From the NCBI GenBank assembly GCA_021413775.1, contig JAIOPS010000026.1, positions 1 through 63,833 on the forward strand: a stretch of 63,833 nt of DNA. The letters run 5' to 3'. The translations under genes and the position numbers were made by a program. Shown piece after piece: positions 8,441 through 17,147 of the stretch (positions are counted from its first letter, which is position 1; every line of letters begins with the position of its first letter). Below the pieces are notes generated by a model, which saw only the letters and a list, made by a program, of their open reading frames with translations, did no database searches and was not told where the DNA came from. Source of the DNA: Candidatus Kaiserbacteria bacterium. Its GTDB lineage: Bacteria; Patescibacteriota; Minisyncoccia; Phycocordibacterales; UBA2100.

Positions 8441-9121
8441 TTAGTTAATCGAGACCGAGCGCGGACGGCTCGTCGACACAGAGTTGCTTGTCGGGACGCT
8501 GTAGCTTGTATCGACGCTCACGCTTGTCGGGACCGAGTAGGATGTTGCAACGGAGTACGACGTATCGACTGACCTTCCGGTGTCGACGGAGTAGCTTGTA
8601 TCCACACTCCTGCCGGTGTCGACGGAGTACGATGTCGGGATTGAATACGACGTCGGCACAGAAAGACTCGTCATCACGCTGTAGCTGGTCGGAACGCTCT
8701 TCGCGACGGTGACGCTGTTTGCGACATTCACGCTCTTCGCAACGGTCACGGAATCGGCAACGGTTACAGACTGAGCGACCGTGACGCTCTGCGCGACGGT
8801 GACAGAATTTGCCACGGTCACGCTCTTCGCGACTGTTACGGGGTATGCGACCGTGACGGAGCGACCTACAAGCACACTCAAGCCCACGGTGACCGAACGT
8901 GCAGGCGTTACGGAGCGTCCGGACGGCACCGAGTAACCGGTCGGAATCGCGTAGCCGGTCGGAATGCCGTATGCAACGGGCACCGGATACGACACGGTGA
9001 CACTTTTTGAAGTCGAGATTGATTCCGATGTATCTGACGACGTCGTTGCGGCATCGGCCATCACAGGCGCGAGCGTGAACGTGAGCGCGAGGAAGACTGA
9101 GAGTATTTTTGACATATGCAT
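8441..9121 (-). CDS. exported protein made of 30 uninterrupted hexapeptide repeats (xSV[TPD][VT][ASG])
   Basis: ATG at 9121 lies 2 nt after the sortase stop. Signal peptide MHMSKILSVFLALTFTLAPVMADA. Residues 39-218 keep a strict 6-residue register. Confidence 0.7.
   Translation of the reverse strand: MHMSKILSVFLALTFTLAPVMADAATTSSDTSESISTSKSVTVSYPVPVAYGIPTGYAIPTGYSVPSGRSVTPARSVTVGLSVLVGRSVTVAYPVTVAKSVTVANSVTVAQSVTVAQSVTVADSVTVAKSVNVANSVTVAKSVPTSYSVMTSLSVPTSYSIPTSYSVDTGRSVDTSYSVDTGRSVDTSYSVATSYSVPTSVSVDTSYSVPTSNSVSTSRPRSVSIN
8468..9007 (-). repeat. in-frame 18-nt tandem repeat region (30 hexads)
   Basis: KSVTVS YPVPVA YGIPTG ... KSVTVA NSVTVA QSVTVA QSVTVA DSVTVA ... YSVDTG RSVDTS ... NSVSTS. 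Confidence 0.85.
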
Positions 9122-9122
9122 G

Positions 9123-9869
9123 TTAATTGGCGGTTCCGATAAAGTCGGCGTCGAGTACGAAGCGTGCACTTTTGCCGGAGAGCGTATCGCACGTGACAAG
9201 AGTGAGTTTCGTTCCGCCGTCACGGGCCAAACTGATGGTGACATTGTCGTTCACATCCACTTTCTTGACCGAGTTCACGCTGTAGAGGTATTTGGTTCCG
9301 TCTTCTCCGGTAAGGGTAATCGTATCCCCCGCAACCAGCTCCGGAACACGGTTGAATGCCTTGTACATCTGATTGTGAATGACGGGCAGATGCGAGGAGT
9401 GCGCGAAGATAATCATGTTTCCGGCCTCGCCGAGCTTCGCGGAATCTGTGTAGCGCGCCGGACCGTTCACGAGGAGCGCGTCGAGTGCATCGACATCTTT
9501 CGTGGTGGGATTCTGAATCTTCAGGTCGAGGTCTATCGCGCCTATCGTGATTCTTGCGGGAAACTGCGCGGCTGCATTTACCGCAGCGACACCGGTGCCG
9601 CGCGGCGGCAGTAAGCGGCCCTCGCTGTCGAGCATGAGCATATCGTCGCCGAGCTGCGGCAGCTCCGTCAGCGCGACAGCTTCACCCGCGGAAGTACCGT
9701 TATCTTCATCTGTGACAGCCGGATGAGCGGGAATGCCGTCGATGTAGTCGGGCACGAAGCCGATAGAATCCGCCGCTGAAAGCGCCAAAAAGAAAAAAAC
9801 GATAGCCGCTGCGATAAAGACAGGCTTCGGTGGCTTAGAATATGCGTTGTTTTGGGAGGACTTCTCCAT
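9123..9869 (-). CDS. sortase family transpeptidase
   Basis: N-terminal TM anchor. Catalytic-type motifs are present: IIFAHSSH (His), LTLVTCD (TLxTC Cys) and a downstream Arg (SARFVL). Confidence 0.8.
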   Translation of the reverse strand: MEKSSQNNAYSKPPKPVFIAAAIVFFFLALSAADSIGFVPDYIDGIPAHPAVTDEDNGTSAGEAVALTELPQLGDDMLMLDSEGRLLPPRGTGVAAVNAAAQFPARITIGAIDLDLKIQNPTTKDVDALDALLVNGPARYTDSAKLGEAGNMIIFAHSSHLPVIHNQMYKAFNRVPELVAGDTITLTGEDGTKYLYSVNSVKKVDVNDNVTISLARDGGTKLTLVTCDTLSGKSARFVLDADFIGTAN

Positions 9870-9875
9870 GCGGAT

Positions 9876-9904
9876 ACTGTACTCTAAATATCAGAATTTG
9901 TCAA
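9876..9904 (-). promoter_or_regulatory. promoter of sortase operon, apparently leaderless
   Basis: Minus strand TTGACA (9899-9904), 17 nt spacer, TACAGT (9876-9881), 6 nt, then ATG (9869). Confidence 0.5.
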
Positions 9905-9923
9905 GTCCCTGGCCCTAGAACGC

Positions 9924-9952
9924 TTGACAATCCCGCGTATCAGTGTGAAAAT
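9924..9952 (+). promoter_or_regulatory. promoter of 9955-10953
   Basis: TTGACA (9924-9929), 17 nt spacer, extended -10 TGtGAAAAT (9944-9952). Confidence 0.5.
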
Positions 9953-9954
9953 CA

Positions 9955-10953
9955 ATGTCTTACTCGCCCAACGACTATCCTCACGTTATGGCCGATTCCC
10001 ACGCACCGAAGCCTTCCCTTGAAGCCAAGGCCATGAATACTGTTTCCAATTTCCTGGCTATCGCGGGATTTTTGATTCTGATAGTTATCGTGGTGTGGGG
10101 ACTCTTTCATATCGCGACCCTCTCCTCCGGCTGGTTCACTTCCCTTTTCCACACATCCAATAAGACCAGCACTATTTCCGTGACTGCACCGGAGACGGCC
10201 ATCTCAGGCAAAGCGACCCGCATCACATGGAACTACCCGACCACCGATGCCGGCCGTTACGCATTCTTGTACGAGTGCACCGACGGACTTGAGTTCGGCA
10301 TTCCAGTACTTCCTCCCGGCGAAACCCGTGCACAACTTTCACGCGTGCCGTGTGGTGCGGCATTCACTATGGGCAATGCGACCAGCTCGGTGATTCTCGT
10401 GCCGATTCTTTCAACCAGCACCCCGAAGGTCGCGCGAATGACCGTACTTTTCGCGCCGACGACCACAGGCACGCCCGTCAGCGGCACCGCAAAGATGACC
10501 GTCAATGTGAATACCGAGCCTCAGTCCGCGGCAACCTCTTCAGAGCCCGTATCCAAACCGACGCCGGACACGACACCGCGACCCAGCAGCCCGGCGGATT
10601 TGCAGGTTTCTCTCGTCTCGGTGACGACTGATGGCTCGGGACAAAGCGTTGCGACGTTCAACATCGAGAATGTCGGCGGCTCCCCGAGCGGCACGTACTA
10701 CTTCACGGCGCTTCTCCCCACGTCGCAGCCCTACACGTTCGCCTCGCAGCCCCAGAGTTCGCTCGGCGCAGGCGACCACATCCTCAATACGCTGCGCTTC
10801 ACGCAGACGGTGTCCGGACTTTTCTCAGTGACCGTCTCGGGCGATAGCAACGTCTCCAACAACACAGCTTCGCAAAACGTTGTCGTACCGTACATCTACA
10901 ACACCTACAACGGCTACACTGATTACAATCAGTACCCCGTGTACCAGTACTAA
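9955..10953 (+). CDS. membrane-anchored surface protein with Ig-like/CARDB-like domains
   Basis: TM helix FLAIAGFLILIVIVVWGLF. ADLQVSLVSV...FNIENVGGSPSGTYYFTA resembles a CARDB domain. The start is uncertain: the -10 box ends 2 nt before ATG 9955, so ATG 9988 or 10033 may be the real start. Confidence 0.6.
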   Translation: MSYSPNDYPHVMADSHAPKPSLEAKAMNTVSNFLAIAGFLILIVIVVWGLFHIATLSSGWFTSLFHTSNKTSTISVTAPETAISGKATRITWNYPTTDAGRYAFLYECTDGLEFGIPVLPPGETRAQLSRVPCGAAFTMGNATSSVILVPILSTSTPKVARMTVLFAPTTTGTPVSGTAKMTVNVNTEPQSAATSSEPVSKPTPDTTPRPSSPADLQVSLVSVTTDGSGQSVATFNIENVGGSPSGTYYFTALLPTSQPYTFASQPQSSLGAGDHILNTLRFTQTVSGLFSVTVSGDSNVSNNTASQNVVVPYIYNTYNGYTDYNQYPVYQY

Positions 10954-10970
10954 GGGCAGAAGTGCCTGAG

Positions 10971-10998
10971 AAAAAAGACGGCATCCGCCGTCTTTTTT
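10971..10998. terminator. bidirectional intrinsic terminator
   Basis: A6, stem gacggc/gccgtc (loop atcc), then T6. It lies between the convergent 9955-10953 gene and gyrB. Confidence 0.75.
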
Positions 10999-11017
10999 CG
11001 CACATTGAAACGCACGG

Positions 11018-13084
11018 TTAAATATCGAGCGTCGCTTCCTTCGCGTGACTTTGGATGAACGACTTTCTCGCCGGAACATCAGTACCCATGAGCATATCGA
11101 AGACCATGTCCGCCTCCACGGCATCATCAACGGCGACCTGCTTCAAAATACGGCGGGCAGGATCCATGGTTGTCTCCCACAACTCCTCGGAGTTCATCTC
11201 GCCGAGACCCTTGTATCGCTGCACCGAAACCTTCGGCGCTTTCTTTGATTTGGTCTCCTCCGCCTCTTCGCCTGCAACCTCTTCTGATTCTTCCGTGGGT
11301 TCTGTTTCGATTTCCACTTCCCCGCCCGCGAATTTGACGCGCTCTTCATCGGTATACGCGTACATAACCTCCTTCCCTTTCTTTATTTTGAAAAGCGGCG
11401 GCTGTGCGATGTACAGGAATCCTCCGTCGATTACCGGTCTGAAATGCCGGTACATGAGCGTGAGAAGAAGCGTGCGGATGTGCGCGCCGTCCACGTCGGC
11501 ATCGGTGGCGATAATGATTTTGTGGTAACGCAATTTCGAGAGGTCAAAAATATCTCCGATAGCCGTGCCAAGAGCTACGACAAGGTTCTTGATTTGTTCT
11601 GATGCGAGCATCTTATCGAGGCGTGCACGCTCGATGTTCAATATCTTGCCGCGCAACGGGAGAATCGCCTGTATGCGGCGGTCGCGGCCCATTTTTGCGG
11701 TGCCGCCTGCCGAGTCTCCCTCCACAATGAAGAGTTCGGCCTCTTCGGCGCGCTTCGTCTGGCAGTCCGCGAGCTTGCCCGGCAGCGTCATGCCGTCGAG
11801 CGCGCCTTTGCGTAGAATCGAATCTTTCGCGGCTTTTGCGGCCTTTCTCGCCTTCATGGCGAGCGTTATTTTCGAAAATATCGCGCGCGCCTCATCCGGA
11901 TGTTCTTCAAGGAAGGTGTTGAAGGCCTCGCCGAATACCGCTTCTGTCGCACCGCGCGCCTCAACAGAACCGAGTTTTCCTTTCGTCTGACCTTCGAATT
12001 GAATTTCGCGGAGTTTTACCGACACGACCGCCGTAAGTCCTTCGAGGACGTCATCCCCCGTGAAGCTGTCGCTCTCTTTGCCTCCGCCGTTTTTGGCATT
12101 GAGCGTGCGAGTGAGCGCGGTTTTGAATCCCGTTACGTGCGTACCTCCCTCGGCGTTGTAAATGTTGTTTGCGAAGGCGGAAATGCGCGAAGTGATGTCA
12201 TCCACGTACTGGAGCGCGACTTCCACCTGCACGCCGTCCTGTTCCTTCTCCACATAAAAAATCGTTTTGTGTACAGGCTCGAGGTGGTGGTTCTGGAATT
12301 GCACGAGTGAGCGCAAGCCTCCTTCAAAGTAGAAGGTCATGGACGGAGCGTCGAGTCCGAGAGTGCGCAAATAGAAGACATCATCTATGCCTTTCAGCGC
12401 AGACGGATCGACTTTGCGCAGGTCCATGATGCAAATGCGGAGTCCGCGCACGAGATACGCCTGCTGGCGCATGTGAGAAACGATGGTGTCCCAGTTGAGC
12501 TCGCGGTCGGGGAAAATCGTCGTGTCCGGTTGAAAGGTAATGATGGTCCCCTGCATTTTCGATGCGCCGGTCTTTTTTATTTTGCCGGTCGGTTTGCCGA
12601 TTTTGTATTCCTGCACGTGCTTCGCTCCGTCGCGGTGAACCTCGGCACGCATGTGCGTCGAGAGCGCGTTCACGACGGCCGCGCCGACGCCGTGCAAGCC
12701 GCCCGACACTTTGTATCCGTCTCCGCCGAATTTGCCGCCGGCATGCAGAATAGTGAGCACCGTCTCAAGAGTCGAAACCTTCGTCTTCGGATGTACCTCG
12801 ACGGGGATGCCGCGGCCGTTATCGGCGTTACGGACCATGTTGTCGGGCAAAAGCGCTATTTCGATATCGTTGGCGAAGCCGCCCATCGCCTCATCGCGCG
12901 AGTTGTCGAAAATTTCCCAGATAAGGTGATGGAGGCCGGCCGTACCGGTCGTACCGATGTACATGCCCGGGCGGCGGCGCACCGCCTCCAGTCCTTCAAG
13001 CACCGTAATCTGGTCCGCACCATACGAACTTCCGCCCTTTTTCGGGGCGGTGTCTGCGGCCTTTTTTGCCTTGGTTTCAGCCAT
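11018..13084 (-). CDS. gyrB: DNA gyrase subunit B
   Basis: YGADQITVLEGLEAVRRRPGMYIG, GGLHGVGAAVVNALS, EGDSAGG, PLRGKILNIE and QRYKGLGEMN motifs. Confidence 0.95.
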   Translation of the reverse strand: MAETKAKKAADTAPKKGGSSYGADQITVLEGLEAVRRRPGMYIGTTGTAGLHHLIWEIFDNSRDEAMGGFANDIEIALLPDNMVRNADNGRGIPVEVHPKTKVSTLETVLTILHAGGKFGGDGYKVSGGLHGVGAAVVNALSTHMRAEVHRDGAKHVQEYKIGKPTGKIKKTGASKMQGTIITFQPDTTIFPDRELNWDTIVSHMRQQAYLVRGLRICIMDLRKVDPSALKGIDDVFYLRTLGLDAPSMTFYFEGGLRSLVQFQNHHLEPVHKTIFYVEKEQDGVQVEVALQYVDDITSRISAFANNIYNAEGGTHVTGFKTALTRTLNAKNGGGKESDSFTGDDVLEGLTAVVSVKLREIQFEGQTKGKLGSVEARGATEAVFGEAFNTFLEEHPDEARAIFSKITLAMKARKAAKAAKDSILRKGALDGMTLPGKLADCQTKRAEEAELFIVEGDSAGGTAKMGRDRRIQAILPLRGKILNIERARLDKMLASEQIKNLVVALGTAIGDIFDLSKLRYHKIIIATDADVDGAHIRTLLLTLMYRHFRPVIDGGFLYIAQPPLFKIKKGKEVMYAYTDEERVKFAGGEVEIETEPTEESEEVAGEEAEETKSKKAPKVSVQRYKGLGEMNSEELWETTMDPARRILKQVAVDDAVEADMVFDMLMGTDVPARKSFIQSHAKEATLDI

Positions 13085-13172
13085 ATTTTGGTCCGTTTAG
13101 TATACCTTATTTTCGCTCAAAAACCAAGCTTCCTGTGGACACTTTTTCAGTAAACGGGTGGCTGAAACGGGG

Positions 13173-15056
13173 TTATCTCACTTCCCACTCCCTCTCCTTC
13201 ATCGCGGCGTAAATACTCTCCATTCGCTCATTCGCATCGCCGTCCGTGAGCGTTTTGTCGAATGACTGGAAGACGAGCCGGAATGCGAACGAGACCTTGC
13301 CGTCTTTTTCAAAACGGTCAAAGAGGTCGAGCCGCACGAGTAAGTCGCCCGCATGCGTACGTATGACGTCGGCAATGTCCGTTTCTGAAGCAGCTGCGGG
13401 AGCCCACAGTGCGATGTCTCGGACGATAAACGGATAGCGGGAAAACGTGCGGTAACGGATGTCAGATATCGCAGGCAGGTCCTCATATGCCCCGACGTCG
13501 GGAAGTTTTGCAATGATGTCGTCGAGCGGTATTTCCAGCACCTCATCGGCCAGCGTGTCGGCGATGGTGACTCCCAGTTTTTCGCCGACTTCCCTGAGGT
13601 ATTCCTGAGCGGTCTTTTGTTTTTTTACTTTCTCTACCGCGACGCAGAGGAAAGTCGACTCCGCGCCTCCGCGCCACACGGTTCCCATCTCGAAAAGTCT
13701 GATTTGTTTCTGACCGAGCACGTCCTTATTGCGGACGTTTTTATCAAGGGCTGAGCGCAGTCCGCCGAGCAGCTCTCTGCGGAGATAGGGCGTATCGCTT
13801 TCGACTTTATTGAGTACGGCCTCCTCGCCTTCGGAAGTGAAGACCGGTGAATATATTTCGGAGAAACCTTCCGCGATGAGGAGCTGCCGCACTCGTTCTT
13901 GCCAGTAGAAATTTTGATTGACAGCGGGCTTGTGAGGAAAATCCGACAACGGAATCGCGGGGACGGAATCGTACCCGATGATGCGCCCCACTTCTTCAAT
14001 GAGGTCTTCCGGTATGAGAATATCGAGACGCTCAGGGGGAGGCGTGACGGTGAAATTTCCCGCGCTATTTTCAAAGGAGAACCCGAGGCGCCGGAAGGCA
14101 TCCTCCACGTCAGACTCCTCAAGCTTTGTTCCCAAAACCGCGTTCGTCATCGCGCCGGTAACTGACACGGTGCGTCTCTCTTCGCGCCGCGGATACTCGT
14201 CGACAAACCCGGCGATATCACCCCCTGCGAGCTCCTGTATCAGCCCGACAACCGCGCGCATCCCCTCCCCGGCGAGCTCAGGCGAGATAACCTGCTCGAA
14301 ACGCGCCGAAGCGTCGGTGCGGAGCTTGAGGGCCTGTGCAGATTTGCGCACGGAGACGCCGTTGAAATTCGCAGACTCGATGATGATATTTTTCGTCTCA
14401 ACGCTCACGCCTGCAGGCTTCCCGCCCTTTATGCCCGCGATACCGACGGGTACATCCGCATGGACGTCGGCGATAACGAGCACGGAATTCTGCAGCGTGT
14501 ATTCCTTGTCGTCGAGCGCGACCATCTTTTCACCGGGCCGTGCCGCGCGGACAGAGATAGCGTACGCACCGTCCGCTTGTTTCAGCTGTGCGGCGTCGAA
14601 CGCGTGCAACGGCTGGCCGATGTTGAACATGACGAAATTCGTCGCATCGACGACGCTGTTCACGCTCCTTTGTCCGAGAACTTCGAGACTTTTTACCAGC
14701 CACTCCGGCGAGGGCCCGACCGTCACATCGTGGATGAAGCCGGCTATATAGCGTGGGCACAGGTCCGCGTTTTCAATCCGCACTGAGATATTCTCGGCGG
14801 TCTTTTTCAGATTATCTTCGGTCAGAGCATACACTTCCTCCTTCATCGGGAGCCTTAGGATGGCGGAAAGTTCCTTGGCGATGCCGCGGTGTGAGAGACA
14901 ATCGTGACCACGGTTCGCGGTGACTTTCACATCGAGCACGTCGTTTTCCACACTCTCTATCTCGAACGCGTGGAATGTCAGGGCATGAGCGAGCGCGGCG
15001 CTCTCGGGGAGCGGTGTCTCAAAAAAGCGCTGCAGCCATGTCCGTGAAATTTTCAT
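13173..15056 (-). CDS. pheT: phenylalanyl-tRNA synthetase beta subunit (short form, 627 aa)
   Basis: The MKISRTWLQRFF start, B3/4 and B5 regions, and a C-terminal FDX-ACB-like end (FRLVFQSFDKTLTD). It sits directly downstream of pheS. Confidence 0.85.
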   Translation of the reverse strand: MKISRTWLQRFFETPLPESAALAHALTFHAFEIESVENDVLDVKVTANRGHDCLSHRGIAKELSAILRLPMKEEVYALTEDNLKKTAENISVRIENADLCPRYIAGFIHDVTVGPSPEWLVKSLEVLGQRSVNSVVDATNFVMFNIGQPLHAFDAAQLKQADGAYAISVRAARPGEKMVALDDKEYTLQNSVLVIADVHADVPVGIAGIKGGKPAGVSVETKNIIIESANFNGVSVRKSAQALKLRTDASARFEQVISPELAGEGMRAVVGLIQELAGGDIAGFVDEYPRREERRTVSVTGAMTNAVLGTKLEESDVEDAFRRLGFSFENSAGNFTVTPPPERLDILIPEDLIEEVGRIIGYDSVPAIPLSDFPHKPAVNQNFYWQERVRQLLIAEGFSEIYSPVFTSEGEEAVLNKVESDTPYLRRELLGGLRSALDKNVRNKDVLGQKQIRLFEMGTVWRGGAESTFLCVAVEKVKKQKTAQEYLREVGEKLGVTIADTLADEVLEIPLDDIIAKLPDVGAYEDLPAISDIRYRTFSRYPFIVRDIALWAPAAASETDIADVIRTHAGDLLVRLDLFDRFEKDGKVSFAFRLVFQSFDKTLTDGDANERMESIYAAMKEREWEVR

Positions 15057-15064
15057 AGTACAGA

Positions 15065-15814
15065 TTAAAATTGATTTATGAACCGGAGGTCCGCAGAGTG
15101 CATATGGCGCACGTCGTCGATGCCCCAGCGAAGCATCGCAAGTCTGTCGAGTCCCATACCGAACGCAAAGCCGCGGTACGTGTCAGGGTCGACTCCCGCA
15201 TTCCTGAGAACGTTCGGGTGCACCATACCCGCGCCCATCATCTCTATCCACCGGTCACGCAGCTTCTCCGGTACATCTTCGCCGACGAGGCGCATGTCCA
15301 CTTCGACGGACGGCTCGGTAAAGGGGAAAAAGCTGGGGCGGAAACGGATTTCCACCGACGCACTCTTGAACAATTCTTTGAAAAACGTCTCGAGCGTACC
15401 TTTCAGGTGCGCAAGCGTGATGTCTTCGCCCACCGCGAGACCTTCTATCTGGAAAAATTGCGCCTCATGTGTCATGTCCGTCGCTTCATTACGGAAAGCG
15501 CGTCCCGGCACGATGATACGGTACGGCGGCTTCACGCCGGCTTTCATCTGAGCCTCCATGTAGCGCACCTGCACGGGGGAGGTGTGCGTGCGCAGCACCG
15601 ACCCCGGCTTATCCTTAATGAAGAACGTGTCCTGCATATCCCGCGCGGGGTGATTCTTGGGTACGTTGAGTGCGTCGAAGTTATACCATTCGCTCTCGAG
15701 CAAGGGACCTTCGGCGAATGCGAAGCCCAAATCGAAAAATATTTTGTTCGCTTCGCGGATGAGCGACGAGATAGGGTGAATATGGCCCGGAGAATCTGAG
15801 TCGCTCTGCGTCAT
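15065..15814 (-). CDS. pheS: phenylalanyl-tRNA synthetase alpha subunit (short form, 249 aa)
   Basis: NFDALNVPKNHPARDMQDTFF, RTHTSPVQVR and FRNEATDMTHEAQFFQIEG class II motifs. The N-terminal helical arm is absent. Confidence 0.9.
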   Translation of the reverse strand: MTQSDSDSPGHIHPISSLIREANKIFFDLGFAFAEGPLLESEWYNFDALNVPKNHPARDMQDTFFIKDKPGSVLRTHTSPVQVRYMEAQMKAGVKPPYRIIVPGRAFRNEATDMTHEAQFFQIEGLAVGEDITLAHLKGTLETFFKELFKSASVEIRFRPSFFPFTEPSVEVDMRLVGEDVPEKLRDRWIEMMGAGMVHPNVLRNAGVDPDTYRGFAFGMGLDRLAMLRWGIDDVRHMHSADLRFINQF

Positions 15815-15820
15815 CGGTGT

Positions 15821-15848
15821 AGTATAGCCCCTCGCAAAAACGTTTCAA
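15821..15848 (-). promoter_or_regulatory. pheST promoter, apparently leaderless
   Basis: Minus strand TTGAAA (15843-15848), 16 nt spacer, TATACT (15821-15826), 6 nt, then ATG (15814). Confidence 0.5.
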
Positions 15849-15870
15849 AATAGCCATTTTCTGGTATAAT
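15842..15870 (+). promoter_or_regulatory. promoter of GT2 gene
   Basis: GTTTCA, 17 nt spacer, extended -10 TGgTATAAT (15862-15870), 8 nt, then ATG 15879. Confidence 0.45.
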
Positions 15871-15878
15871 TTGCGTTT

Positions 15879-17111
15879 ATGGTTTTTGGCTCGGGCGTCG
15901 TCTTTGCGCTGCTTTTTCTCTCGCTCTACTTCGAGGTTTTTTTGCTTGTTTCGTTCCTCGAGCGACGCTTTTCGACGCCGAAAATGCGCGCCGACGCCCG
16001 CCCGGAATCGCTCCCGGATGTCGCTATCATTGTTCCCTGTTTCAACGAAGAGAGGGCACTCGGTGCGTCCATAGAATCGCTTCTCGCACTTGAATACCCG
16101 CGCGGGAAACTTTCCGTCATCGTCGTTGATGACGGCTCCACCGATTCGACACTGTCTATCGCCCGAAGATACGAATCAGACTCCCGCGTGCGAGTATTTA
16201 CGAAGGAGAACGGCGGGAAACACACCGCGATGAACCTCGGCCTCGAACACACCGACGCGGAACTGGTCGGGTGCCTCGATGCGGATTCGGTAGTCGCGCC
16301 CGATGCGCTCATGCAGATTGCGCCCCTTTTCACGGACGCGCGTATCGCAGCGGTGACACCGGGCATCCACGTGAAGACTCCGAAAACAATGCTCCAGCAC
16401 ATGCAGCATGTTGAATACCGGCTTTCACTGTTCAACAGATTTATTTTGGCGGTACTCGGCTCCGTTTTTATCACACCCGGACCCTTCTCGATTTTCCGCG
16501 CGAACGTCATACGGGAACTTGGCGGATGGCGCTATGCGCACTCGACGGAAGACATGGAGATGGCGCTGCGCCTCCAGGAAGCGGGCTATATGATTGCAAA
16601 CGCTCCCAACGCCATCGTACATACTGCTACGCCGCCGAACCTCAAAGACCTCTTCCGACAGCGCGTCCGCTGGACGTACGGTTGGCTCCGAAATGCGGTC
16701 GACTACAAACACATGTTCGGCAACTGGCGCTACGGCAACCTCGGACTCATCGTTCTCCCCTTCGCTATCATATCCATATTCACCGGCATCTATTTCTTCG
16801 CACGCATAGTGTTCTACCTCTTTGTCGCCGCGTACCAAAAATACATGGAGCTGCATTACGCCGGCTTCCACTTCCGCCCTTCTGCGCCCGATCTCTTTTA
16901 CTTCAACACAAGCGCTATCTGGATGCTTGTATGGGTCTCGGTCGCGCTTATCCTTGTCCTCATATCCATCGGTTCACTTATCGGTACCGGCTCAAGACGG
17001 CCTCCCGCATCCACGCCCCTTTTCGTCATTTTTTACAGTTTGCTTGTTCCGCTCTGGCTCGGCGCGGCTGTATTTCGCGCATTCTTTAAAACAGGCGTGC
17101 GCTGGAGATAA
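15879..17111 (+). CDS. membrane-bound family 2 glycosyltransferase (processive synthase-like)
   Basis: IIVPCFNEE, VVDDGSTD, GCLDADS and the QRVRWTYGW (QxxRW) motif. TM helices occur at both ends. Confidence 0.8.
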   Translation: MVFGSGVVFALLFLSLYFEVFLLVSFLERRFSTPKMRADARPESLPDVAIIVPCFNEERALGASIESLLALEYPRGKLSVIVVDDGSTDSTLSIARRYESDSRVRVFTKENGGKHTAMNLGLEHTDAELVGCLDADSVVAPDALMQIAPLFTDARIAAVTPGIHVKTPKTMLQHMQHVEYRLSLFNRFILAVLGSVFITPGPFSIFRANVIRELGGWRYAHSTEDMEMALRLQEAGYMIANAPNAIVHTATPPNLKDLFRQRVRWTYGWLRNAVDYKHMFGNWRYGNLGLIVLPFAIISIFTGIYFFARIVFYLFVAAYQKYMELHYAGFHFRPSAPDLFYFNTSAIWMLVWVSVALILVLISIGSLIGTGSRRPPASTPLFVIFYSLLVPLWLGAAVFRAFFKTGVRWR

Positions 17112-17147
17112 TGAGACGAATACTGTAAGCTGGCCGAGCAAGAATAT

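Noticed and set aside
15071-15799. Long antisense ORFs opposite well-supported genes. Examples are 15071-15799 versus pheS, 30567-31592 versus gap, 13978-14751 versus pheT, 11055-12310 versus gyrB and 50227-51087 versus P2.
   Set aside because: The opposite-strand products have unmistakable conserved motifs, while these translations are low-complexity Arg/Ser/Ala-rich. I treat them as shadow ORFs.
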